Source of the DNA: an uncultured bacterium
GTDB taxonomy: Bacteria > Bacillota_I > Bacilli_A > RFN20 > CAG-826
DNA: 64,000 nucleotides
Assembly (NCBI GenBank): GCA_949299335.1
Contig: CASGAD010000031.1
Location: 1,075 to 65,074, forward strand
Direction: 5' to 3'
The stretch's first letter is position 1. Each line of letters starts with the position of its first letter. The position numbers were made by a program, and so were the translations under genes. The notes under the pieces were generated by a model that had not been told where the DNA came from, ran no database searches, and worked only from the letters and a program-made list of their open reading frames with translations. Shown piece after piece: positions 44,033 through 53,404 of the stretch.

Positions 44033-46035
44033 TCTTCTTTTAATTCCTCTGCAATCCCATTAATTTTCGTAAACTTCAAAGGTATATAATTAGCGAGAGC
44101 GACAAATATAATGCTTAAGACAATAATAAATATAATGGCCGCTTCATTAAAAATTATTAAATTACTCGTTATAAAATAATTCTTTAAGAACATATTTAGG
44201 AAGTCTTTCAAAAGGTAAGAAATCCCTAGTCCCATTACTATTCCTGAAATCGAATATACTAAATGTTCAATTAAATAGATTTCAAGAATATTATTTTCAT
44301 GTCCTCCTAGACATCTAAGTATTGCTATCTCTTTTCTATTTGAAACTATTGAAGAGTAAGCTAAAAACCCACTAATAAATAAAGAAGTTAAAACTAGGAG
44401 TATTATAAAAAAATTCATTCCTAGGAATAAGCTCTCACTGATTGTAATAAATGAAGTTACTAAAGTATAACCTCGACTAGTCAATTCAAGATTTATTAAA
44501 GATAGCTCATCACTATTAATAAATTTTCTCAACTTAAGATTAGTTTCTTTCCCAAAAGAAAATATATTGTATGAGTAATTAGATATTTCACTATCATCTT
44601 TTGCTTCACTTACTAGATCATAAAAGCTAACATTCTTATTTCTATCAATTGATGAATTTAACGCGATTGTATTTTTTAATATTTCCTCAAAATATAATTG
44701 TGAATAATAAATACATGGACTATTCATGTAATTAAATTCTTTTACTATTTCCTTCACATTAAATGGTATTTCCGCCTCAAAAGTTTCAATAATAGTTATG
44801 TTTGTTCTTTCACTAATATAGTTATAGTCACATTTAATATTTATGCTTAGATCTTGTCCCAAAATACCTTCACCAAGTAAGTCGGCCATTTTATCATTAA
44901 TAATCAATGAGTTAATTGGCAAGTTTAAATCTATATAAGGTTTAATTTCAAAATCTTCAAAACTTTTATTATTGAATTTTATCCTTTTAGTCGATTTGAA
45001 AAAATAATCGTATGAGTAACCAATCATGCAATTATAATCACTAAAAATAGGATAAATTGAACTATAAGATGGTCTTTCACTCCTCACTAAATCAATCGGA
45101 GAATCTTTAATTTCTTCAGTTTTCGTTAAAGAAATCTCATAAGTATTTGCGTCGCCATATGATTCTAATAGCACATCCTTGCATTCAATTATAGAGGAAT
45201 TAAAAAATATCGAAATTACAAGTACTACCATTGAAAAGCATGCAGAAATAAGATTAATTATATCTTTTTTCCAATTATTTCTTACATTTTTCTCTGCAAT
45301 TTTATAGATGTATTTTCGATTTAGTTTATTTTCATGGCTTTTAATAGTACAGTCTTTCTCATTTATATTTTTAAAACATTTTTCTTTAATTTCTCCATTT
45401 TCTAAAATTAAGTATTCGCATTTATAGAGTTCAAACAACTTTAAATTGTGTGTAACAACAATTACCAAGAATTCTTCAGATAAAGCTTTTAAATCATCCA
45501 TAAGTTTTAATGAATTTTCTTCATCTAAAGCTCCTGTAGGTTCATCACAAAACAATATTTTAGGCTTATTAATTAAAGCTCTAATTAATGAAAGACGTTG
45601 TTTTTCTCCTCCGCTTAATTTTTTAACAAGTTGATTCTTTTTATTATCTAATTTATATCGAATTAATAAATCCTCAACGAATTTATTATCATTAATTCCT
45701 TTAATAGACTTTGCTATTTGTATGTTTTGAAGAACAGTCATATCTTCAAATAAATTATATTTTTGAAACAAAATAGAAACGTCTTTTTCAAGATAATTTC
45801 TTATTTGCTTTTTATTAAATTTTAAAATATCTTTATCATTAAATAAAACTTCACCGGAATCAGCTTTAATCAAACCACTTAAAATATTTATTAATGTAGA
45901 TTTCCCACTACCACTTTTTCCCAATACAAAATAAAGACCCTTACTATTAAAAGTAAAGTTTATATTATTTAAAATTAAACTGTTTCTAGTAGAAGAAACT
46001 TTATAAGATTTTTTTAATTGCTTAATGACTAACAC
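44029..46035 (-). CDS. Fused ABC ATPase + FtsX-type permease (MacB-like), GTG start
   Basis: GKSGSGKS, LSGGEKQR, DEPTGALD, VTHN; EIAILRCLG permease motif. Confidence 0.88.
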   Translation of the reverse strand: MLVIKQLKKSYKVSSTRNSLILNNINFTFNSKGLYFVLGKSGSGKSTLINILSGLIKADSGEVLFNDKDILKFNKKQIRNYLEKDVSILFQKYNLFEDMTVLQNIQIAKSIKGINDNKFVEDLLIRYKLDNKKNQLVKKLSGGEKQRLSLIRALINKPKILFCDEPTGALDEENSLKLMDDLKALSEEFLVIVVTHNLKLFELYKCEYLILENGEIKEKCFKNINEKDCTIKSHENKLNRKYIYKIAEKNVRNNWKKDIINLISACFSMVVLVISIFFNSSIIECKDVLLESYGDANTYEISLTKTEEIKDSPIDLVRSERPSYSSIYPIFSDYNCMIGYSYDYFFKSTKRIKFNNKSFEDFEIKPYIDLNLPINSLIINDKMADLLGEGILGQDLSINIKCDYNYISERTNITIIETFEAEIPFNVKEIVKEFNYMNSPCIYYSQLYFEEILKNTIALNSSIDRNKNVSFYDLVSEAKDDSEISNYSYNIFSFGKETNLKLRKFINSDELSLINLELTSRGYTLVTSFITISESLFLGMNFFIILLVLTSLFISGFLAYSSIVSNRKEIAILRCLGGHENNILEIYLIEHLVYSISGIVMGLGISYLLKDFLNMFLKNYFITSNLIIFNEAAIIFIIVLSIIFVALANYIPLKFTKINGIAEELKEE

Positions 46036-46088
46036 TTGTGTAATTATTACCTTTCACTAGTTACAACAAGTGCAAATTTAATTTTTTT

Positions 46089-46736
46089 CTAATATTTTAT
46101 ATTTTCAATAACATTTAATAATTCTTGATAAGTCGAAACGATAGCAAATGGTTTAGTTTCATTGTCATATACTCTAGGAGCTCCTTTGAAAAGAATGCAC
46201 TTGATATTAGCATTTTGTGCAGCTAAAAAATCATACTTAGTATCGCCTATCATAAGAGCTTCTTCTTTATTAATACCCAAGTTATTTATTATAAAATTAA
46301 TCATTTCTGGATTTGGTTTAGTTTTAAAATGATCAGAACTAGTTAAGATATAAGAAAAATATTGATTTATATTATATTTTTCTAGTGTTTTAATTGCCAT
46401 TTCGCGATTTTTGCTTGTCGCAATAGCAAAGATATATCCATCTTCTTTTAATTTTTTAAGAACTTCCAACTCTCCTGGAAATATATTCAAATATAAATCG
46501 TAATACTTTTTAGTTCTTTATCTATATTCGTTTAAAATGAATTTTGGATCTTTTTCAGGGAAAGCTCGAGCTATCGACTCCTCAACGGGTGGCCCAGAAA
46601 ATCCTCTTACAAACTCTCTATCAATTACATAATCTTTGGGCTTGTATAAAAGAAATAATTCTTTCCATGTTTGAAATAGCACTTCATCAGTATCAATCAA
46701 AGTACCATCCATATCAAAAATTAAAAGTTTTACCAT
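46089..46736 (-). pseudogene. PpaX-like HAD-IA hydrolase interrupted by one in-frame TAA at 46518-46520
   Basis: Both ORF-track fragments share a frame: ...NEYR*RTKKYYDLYLNIFPGE...; DMDGTL, TSK, KPNP, IGDT motifs span the stop. Confidence 0.8.
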
Positions 46737-48268
46737 ATATTAAATAAAATGATTATTGCCAAAACAATCAATAATGCGATAGAAGCGACAATAATAATAT
46801 CTCTTCTTAGTGTCTTTTCATCTCTAGTATCTTGTACAAGTACTTCATCTACAAAATTATAATTTTTAAATAGCCATAATTTCTTTTCTCTAAGATACTT
46901 TAAAATTGCAAAAACTAAAACAATGAATAAGCCAGCTCCAATCATAAAATAGGAAGATGAAATACTTAAATCATATTGGAAAGTTCCACTTCTAAGTGGT
47001 TCCAAAAGTGCTCTAGTTGCTCCATACCATACTAAATACCATCCAGCACCACTTCCTTCAGCATGATATTTTCCTAATCCTCTGCATATACCAAAATAAA
47101 TAAAGAAGTAACCAATTAAATTTGTGATTGTTTCTATTGTTGCTAAAGGAAGGTAAGCCATAGTGGTATTACTAATTTGAGTGGCGTAATTATATTGATA
47201 ATTTGTCTTTATAAAAGTAGGAAGCCAAGCGATGCTATCAAGTGGGATTTGATTCCCGTGAACTTCACAATTAAAGAAATTTCCAATTCTTCCAATTGCT
47301 TGTGCTACTAAGATTGTAGGAATAATAATGTCTGCTAGTCTTAAGTAACTTATTTTTTGATATACAGGGTCTTTTTTCCAATACTTTATAATTAGCATTA
47401 CACTAACTCCAGCAATAATGCCTAAAATTGCTCCACCCATAATGCCTAATCCGCCATCCCACACACTAAATATTTTTGTCCAATCTCTAACATATTGGGA
47501 TGAGGCACCTTCTTTAGAAATGTCCAAAACAACATACCATAATCTTGCACCAACTAATCCAGAAGGAAAAGCGACAAAAAAGCAAGTTGTTACAATATCA
47601 TGTTTTCCATAAATTTTATAAATGAAATGATCACAAATCGCTAAAACTAAAAATGCTCCGCTTAGAATAAAAATAGCGTAAAAAGCAATTGAAATGCCAC
47701 CATCTAGTGAATAACTTTCTCCACTATAAGTGTAATATGGTTCTGGATGAACATAACTATTAATAAACTTAATTCCATGTTTACCGATATATATTGAATT
47801 ACATAACGGATAACTTAAATAAGGAGCATTCCCTTCGGAAAATAAAATAAAAGTTACAACCATTAAAGGTATCGATGAATACATTATTATTTTAAATACT
47901 TTTCTTAATGAAGAATCTAATTCTGGCAAATAAAAATAATATAAAAAAGAAGTCAAAAAAGTGAAACAAAATACGCTAAATAAAATAATAAAAAAATATG
48001 AGAGAAATTGATGACCAGCATCAACTGTTAAATTATTATTTTCAACCAAACTTATCGTTGCAGGATCAAGATAAAAGGCCACAGTAAAAAGGACTAGTCC
48101 AATTAAAATACCAAAAAAACATATTCCAAGATAAACTAGACATTTTGTTATTAAAATGTTTCCTTGGAGACGAAGTTTATTTTTTACCATAAAATTAAAA
48201 TATACTCCGTAACTAACTGCCCCTATAACAAACAATGCCATTGCTAAATAATAAATAACTTCACTCAT
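46730..48268 (-). CDS. lgt: Prolipoprotein diacylglyceryl transferase with long N-terminal membrane extension
   Basis: GARLWYV, WDGGLGIMGG, AQAIGRIGNFFNCE, RALLEPLR in the C-terminal ~320 aa. Confidence 0.88.
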   Translation of the reverse strand: MSEVIYYLAMALFVIGAVSYGVYFNFMVKNKLRLQGNILITKCLVYLGICFFGILIGLVLFTVAFYLDPATISLVENNNLTVDAGHQFLSYFFIILFSVFCFTFLTSFLYYFYLPELDSSLRKVFKIIMYSSIPLMVVTFILFSEGNAPYLSYPLCNSIYIGKHGIKFINSYVHPEPYYTYSGESYSLDGGISIAFYAIFILSGAFLVLAICDHFIYKIYGKHDIVTTCFFVAFPSGLVGARLWYVVLDISKEGASSQYVRDWTKIFSVWDGGLGIMGGAILGIIAGVSVMLIIKYWKKDPVYQKISYLRLADIIIPTILVAQAIGRIGNFFNCEVHGNQIPLDSIAWLPTFIKTNYQYNYATQISNTTMAYLPLATIETITNLIGYFFIYFGICRGLGKYHAEGSGAGWYLVWYGATRALLEPLRSGTFQYDLSISSSYFMIGAGLFIVLVFAILKYLREKKLWLFKNYNFVDEVLVQDTRDEKTLRRDIIIVASIALLIVLAIIILFNIW

Positions 48269-48471
48269 ACATAGTCTCTTTCATTTAATAGTAAATCTTA
48301 TTTACTATTGAATATCATATAACATTTTGATTGTTCAAGTCTTTAAAAAATATTTTAAATATTTCAACTTGTTTATAAATTTAAAAAACAATTCTATATA
48401 ATTAAAGAAAAATGCACTTTTTTGTAGCTGTTTTGCAACGTTTTATAGTCAAAAGTGCTTAATTTAAATTA

Positions 48472-51324
48472 TTATATTTTGCTCTTTCTGCTTTTATCCT
48501 CTTCTAAGACTTTCTTTAAATAATGTCCTGTATAGCTTTTTTCAATCTTGCTGATTTCCTCAGGTGTTCCTGTTGCTATAATTTGTCCACCTTTATCTCC
48601 ACCTTCAGGTCCTAAATCAATAATATAGTCAGCTACTTTAATAACATCTAAATTGTGCTCAATAACTAATATTGTATCTCCATTATTTACGATTCTTTCT
48701 AATACTTCGAGCAACTTTTTAACATCATCGGTATGTAAACCTGTTGTAGGTTCATCAAGAATATATAATGTTTTGCCGGTTGGTCTTTTTTGCAAATAGT
48801 AAGCAAGTTTTACTCTTTGAGCCTCTCCACCACTTAAAGTTGTGGCTGGTTGTCCAACCTTAATATAACCAAGTCCAACATCAATTAAAGTTTTTAATTT
48901 CCTTGCTAGACTTATATGAGGCTTAAAAAATTCATAAGCATCTTCAATAGTCATTTCTAAAACATCATAAATATTTTTCCCTTTATATGTACATAATAAT
49001 GTTTCATCATTATATCTTTTGCCATCACATTCATCACATTTTACATATACATCAGGCAAAAAATTCATCGGAATTCTAGTTACACCAGCACCTTGGCAGT
49101 GTTCACATCTTCCACCAGGAATGTTAAATGAGAATCTAGATTTATCAAAACCATGAGCTTTTGCTTCGATTGTTTGGCTAAAAATATCTCTAATATCATC
49201 AAACGCTTTTACATATGTTGCAGGATTGCTTCGTGGAGTTCTACCAATTGGTTCCTGGGAAATATTTATAACTTTATCAATATTTTCAAGTCCTTTTATG
49301 GATTTATATACACCAACATCAACATTTTTGTTTTCAACAATTTTTAATATAGCGTTATATAAAGTTTCATTAATAAGCGATGATTTACCACTTCCACTAA
49401 CACCTGTAACACAAACAAAATCTCCTAAAGGGATTTTAACATCAACATTCTTTAAGTTATTAACTTTGCATCCAAAAAGTTCGATAAATTTACCGTTTCC
49501 TTTTCTGCGTTCCAAAGGAACTGGAATATATTTTTTCCCAGATAAATATTGGCCAGTCAAACTTTTTTCGCAATTTTCAACATCTTCTAAAGTCCCTGAA
49601 ACAACAACTTCTCCACCATGCACTCCAGCACGAGGTCCAATATCTACAATATAATCGGCACTTCTAATCATTTCATCATCATGTTCGACAACAATTAAAG
49701 TGTTTCCCAAATCTCTCATTTCTTTTAGAGAATTAATTAATTTTTCACTATCCCTTTGGTGTAATCCGATTGATGGCTCATCTAGTACATATAAGACACC
49801 ACTAAGTTTAGATCCAATCTGGGTAGCTAATCTAATTCTTTGACTTTCACCACCGCTTAAAGTCATAGACATTCTGGCCAAAGTCAAATATTCAAGTCCT
49901 ACATCGATTAAAAATTTTAAACGATTTAAAATTTCGTTAATTACCATTGAAGAAATAGTTAATTGGTAAGGAGTTAGCTTACTTTTTAACGAATCTATGA
50001 AGTCGTAAAGTTTGTCTAACGATAAACATGTCATTTCATAAATGTTTAGTCCTTCAATCTTAACACTTAGAACTTTTTCACTTAATCTTGCGCCATGGCA
50101 TTTTGTGCATTCCTTATCTTTTAAAAATGAACCATACCACTCTCTAGAAAATTCACTAGTCGTTTCTTTATATAACCTTTCAATTCTAGTTTTAATTCCT
50201 TCAACAAAACCTCTTCTATGTGAAATATTCCCACTTGAACTTTTTAAAGTAATATCTAATGGCTCTTTGCTTCCATTTAAAATAATATCAACTTCTTCAT
50301 CAGTTAAGTCTTTAAAAGGTTTATCTAGAGAAATGTGATAATGATTTAACACGGCTTCAAAGGTTTGCCAATCTAAATTATTTGTTCCAACAACATTTTT
50401 ATAATAAACAATAGCTCCTTCGTTAATACTTTTATTCATATCAGGAACAAGCAAAGATAAGTCAACTTCTTGAGAAATTCCTAGTCCATTACAACTTGGG
50501 CAGCATCCCATAGGTGAGTTAAAAGAAAATAATCTTGGTTCAAGTTTAGGAACAGTAAAACCACAAATTGGACAAGCGTTGTGTTCACTGTATAAATGTT
50601 CCTCATCGTTAATTAAAGTCAAAACAAAACCATTTGCCCACTCACTTGCAAGTTCAACAGCCTCGAAAATTCTACTCCTACTTTCTTCTTTTAATACAAT
50701 TCTATCAATAACAATATCGATATTGTGTCTTTTATTTTTTTCAAGTTCAGGAACATCTTCAATCAAATAATTTTCTCCATCAATTCTGACTCTAGTAAAA
50801 CCATTCGTTTTAATTTTTGTTAATGTGTCCTTAAATGTACCTTTTTCGCCTCTAACTATAGGTGAAAGGATTTGAATTCTTGAGTTTTGCGGACTTTTCA
50901 TTATAATATCAGTAATTTTTTGAATTGAAAAAGCGATAATTGGAACATTATGTGTAGGACAATAAGGAACGCCTATGCGAGCATATAAAAGTCTTAAATA
51001 ATCATAAATTTCAGTAACTGTGCCAACAGTACTTCTAGGGTTATGAGAAACACTTTTTTGATCAATAGCAATTGCTGGTGAAAGTCCTTCAATACCTTCA
51101 ACATCAGGCTTTTCATAATTTCCTAAAAATTGTCTAGCATAACTTGATAACGATTCGATATATCTTCTTTGTCCTTCTGCGAAAATAGTGTCAAAAGCTA
51201 GAGTGGATTTCCCACTTCCGCTTACACCTGTAAAGACAATCAACTTTTCTTTTGGCAAAGTTACATCAATATTCTTTAAATTGTTAACTTTAGCCTTTCT
51301 AACCTTAATCTCATTTATAGCCAT
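48472..51324 (-). CDS. uvrA: Excinuclease ABC subunit A
   Basis: Two Walker A motifs GVSGSGKS, Zn fingers, LSGGESQRIRLATQIG, LSGGEAQRVKLA. Confidence 0.99.
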   Translation of the reverse strand: MAINEIKVRKAKVNNLKNIDVTLPKEKLIVFTGVSGSGKSTLAFDTIFAEGQRRYIESLSSYARQFLGNYEKPDVEGIEGLSPAIAIDQKSVSHNPRSTVGTVTEIYDYLRLLYARIGVPYCPTHNVPIIAFSIQKITDIIMKSPQNSRIQILSPIVRGEKGTFKDTLTKIKTNGFTRVRIDGENYLIEDVPELEKNKRHNIDIVIDRIVLKEESRSRIFEAVELASEWANGFVLTLINDEEHLYSEHNACPICGFTVPKLEPRLFSFNSPMGCCPSCNGLGISQEVDLSLLVPDMNKSINEGAIVYYKNVVGTNNLDWQTFEAVLNHYHISLDKPFKDLTDEEVDIILNGSKEPLDITLKSSSGNISHRRGFVEGIKTRIERLYKETTSEFSREWYGSFLKDKECTKCHGARLSEKVLSVKIEGLNIYEMTCLSLDKLYDFIDSLKSKLTPYQLTISSMVINEILNRLKFLIDVGLEYLTLARMSMTLSGGESQRIRLATQIGSKLSGVLYVLDEPSIGLHQRDSEKLINSLKEMRDLGNTLIVVEHDDEMIRSADYIVDIGPRAGVHGGEVVVSGTLEDVENCEKSLTGQYLSGKKYIPVPLERRKGNGKFIELFGCKVNNLKNVDVKIPLGDFVCVTGVSGSGKSSLINETLYNAILKIVENKNVDVGVYKSIKGLENIDKVINISQEPIGRTPRSNPATYVKAFDDIRDIFSQTIEAKAHGFDKSRFSFNIPGGRCEHCQGAGVTRIPMNFLPDVYVKCDECDGKRYNDETLLCTYKGKNIYDVLEMTIEDAYEFFKPHISLARKLKTLIDVGLGYIKVGQPATTLSGGEAQRVKLAYYLQKRPTGKTLYILDEPTTGLHTDDVKKLLEVLERIVNNGDTILVIEHNLDVIKVADYIIDLGPEGGDKGGQIIATGTPEEISKIEKSYTGHYLKKVLEEDKSRKSKI

Positions 51325-51531
51325 AGTAAAAATTATATATTCAAAACAATCTAAATAAAAGTGTGATGCCTTAAATTGGGTTTCTCTGTATTTATTGAAA
51401 ACTTAAATTTCCAATATTTTTAATGAGTAAATCACGAAAAGTCTATTTTTTTGATGGCAAATATACATTTATGTATATTTTTACATTAATTTGTGATATT
51501 TTTATATCTAGTTTTTTTGGAGGTATTTAGT

Positions 51532-53355
51532 ATGAAGATGAGAAATGTCGCTATTATCGCTCACGTTGACCATGGAAAAACAACTTTAGTCAATCAACTT
51601 CTTAAATGTAGCGGAACATTTAGAGAAAATGAAAAATTAGAAGATAGAGCCATGGATAGTAACGCAATTGAAAGAGAAAGAGGCATTACAATCTTAGCTA
51701 AAACAACAAGTATCAAATATAAGGACTATAAAATTAACATTTTAGACACTCCCGGACACGCTGATTTTGGAGGAGAAGTCGAAAGAATCATGCATATGGT
51801 TGATGGCTGCTTGCTACTTGTTGATGCTTTTGAAGGAACGATGCCACAAACAAGATTTGTCTTAAAAAAAGCTATCGAAGCTGGTGTAAAACCTGTTGTT
51901 ATTGTTAACAAAGTTGACCGCCCTAATGCTAACGCTGATAAAGCTGTTGATGAAGTTTTACAATTATTTATGGAATTAGGTGCACCTGATAATTTCCTTG
52001 ATTTCAAGGTAGCTTATACTAGTGCTTTAAACGGAACAAGCTCATTAAGTAGTGATCCATCTACTCAACAACCTGGTATGGATCCTGTATACGAATTAAT
52101 TATTAATGAAATTCCTGAGCCAAAGGTAGAGGAAAATGGACCACTTCAACTTCAAGCTGCTTTATTAGATTACAATGATTATGTTGGAAGAATGGGTATT
52201 GGTAGAATTCAAAGAGGAACTATAAAAGTAGGTTCTACCGTATCATGTGCAAGACTTGATGGAACTTCCAAACAATTCAAAATACTTAAATTAATCGGAT
52301 ATTATGGTTTAAAGAAGATTGAAATTGAAGAAGCTCATGCTGGCGAAATTGTCGCTGTTGCTGGTTTACCAGATATAAACATTGGTGAAACAATTTGTGA
52401 TACTACTAATGTTGAACCACTTCCATTACTACACATCGATGAACCAACCTTACAAATGACATTTGGTACAAACAGCTCACCTTTCGCTGGACAAGATGGA
52501 AAACTATTAACTGCAAGGCAAATCGAAGAAAGGCTTTATAAAGAAGCTCAAAAAGATGTCTCTTTAAAAGTTAAAAGAGTTCCTAATAGTGAGACCTGGA
52601 TTGTCAGTGGAAGAGGCGAATTACATTTAGGCATTCTAATTGAAAACATGCGTAGAGAAGGCTACGAAATTGAAGTAAGCAGACCTCAAGTTATCATTAA
52701 AGAAGTAAATGGTGTCAAACAAGAGCCTTACGAAGATTTAAGTGTTGAAGTCCCTAACGAATTTGTTGGTGATATTATGACTTCTTTAGGATCAAGAGAC
52801 GCTGAATTAATTGATATGGATGCTGGTGATGTTAATACAAAAATTAATTATGTCATTCCATCAAGAGGACTTATTGGTTTTGTAACAAACTTCTTAACAC
52901 TTACTAAAGGATACGGAATTATAGCTCATACATTTAAAGAGTACCGCCCTATTGCTCAAGGTAAAATTGGTGAAAGAGCTGTTGGTGTATTAGTTGCTAC
53001 CGAAAACGGACAATCAACCCCATACGCAATTCAACACGTTGAAGAAAGAGGCGTAATGTTTATTTACCCAGGCACTCAAATCTATGAAGGTATGATTGTT
53101 GGGGAAAATAAATATGATACTGATTTAAGTGTAAATGTTTGTCAAACCAAAAATTTAACAAACCAAAGAAGCGCTAATAAAGACCAAACTGTCGTTTTAA
53201 AATCACCTAGAAAAATGACCCTTGAAGCATGCTTAGATTATATTAATAGCGATGAACTTGTAGAAGTTACTCCAAATAATTTTAGAATGAGGAAGAAAAT
53301 TTTAAATAATGCTGAGCGTAAAAAACGGGAAGCAAAATTTAAAGTTCAACAATAA
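51532..53355 (+). CDS. typA: Translational GTPase TypA/BipA
   Basis: [38 protein letters not shown]; ATG 51532 after GGAGG. Confidence 0.97.
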   Translation: MKMRNVAIIAHVDHGKTTLVNQLLKCSGTFRENEKLEDRAMDSNAIERERGITILAKTTSIKYKDYKINILDTPGHADFGGEVERIMHMVDGCLLLVDAFEGTMPQTRFVLKKAIEAGVKPVVIVNKVDRPNANADKAVDEVLQLFMELGAPDNFLDFKVAYTSALNGTSSLSSDPSTQQPGMDPVYELIINEIPEPKVEENGPLQLQAALLDYNDYVGRMGIGRIQRGTIKVGSTVSCARLDGTSKQFKILKLIGYYGLKKIEIEEAHAGEIVAVAGLPDINIGETICDTTNVEPLPLLHIDEPTLQMTFGTNSSPFAGQDGKLLTARQIEERLYKEAQKDVSLKVKRVPNSETWIVSGRGELHLGILIENMRREGYEIEVSRPQVIIKEVNGVKQEPYEDLSVEVPNEFVGDIMTSLGSRDAELIDMDAGDVNTKINYVIPSRGLIGFVTNFLTLTKGYGIIAHTFKEYRPIAQGKIGERAVGVLVATENGQSTPYAIQHVEERGVMFIYPGTQIYEGMIVGENKYDTDLSVNVCQTKNLTNQRSANKDQTVVLKSPRKMTLEACLDYINSDELVEVTPNNFRMRKKILNNAERKKREAKFKVQQ

Positions 53356-53370
53356 TTATTATATTTACGA

Positions 53371-53397
53371 AAAAAAGGCCACAAATGTGGTCTTTTT
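53371..53397. terminator. Bidirectional terminator between typA and the ABC permease
   Basis: AAAAAGGCCAC-aaat-GTGGTCTTTTT. Confidence 0.82.
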
Positions 53398-53404
53398 ATT
53401 TGCT

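Noticed and set aside
46518-46520. TAA readthrough or stop-codon recoding
   Set aside because: This is a single case, and TAA is the normal terminator for many genes here. Mutation or sequencing error is simpler.
51532-53355. AGG reassignment (AGG-to-Met is known in other uncultured Bacilli; AGG-to-Gly suggested by LSGRE)
   Set aside because: AGG occupies conserved Arg positions in typA (TARQI, EERL, MRKK).
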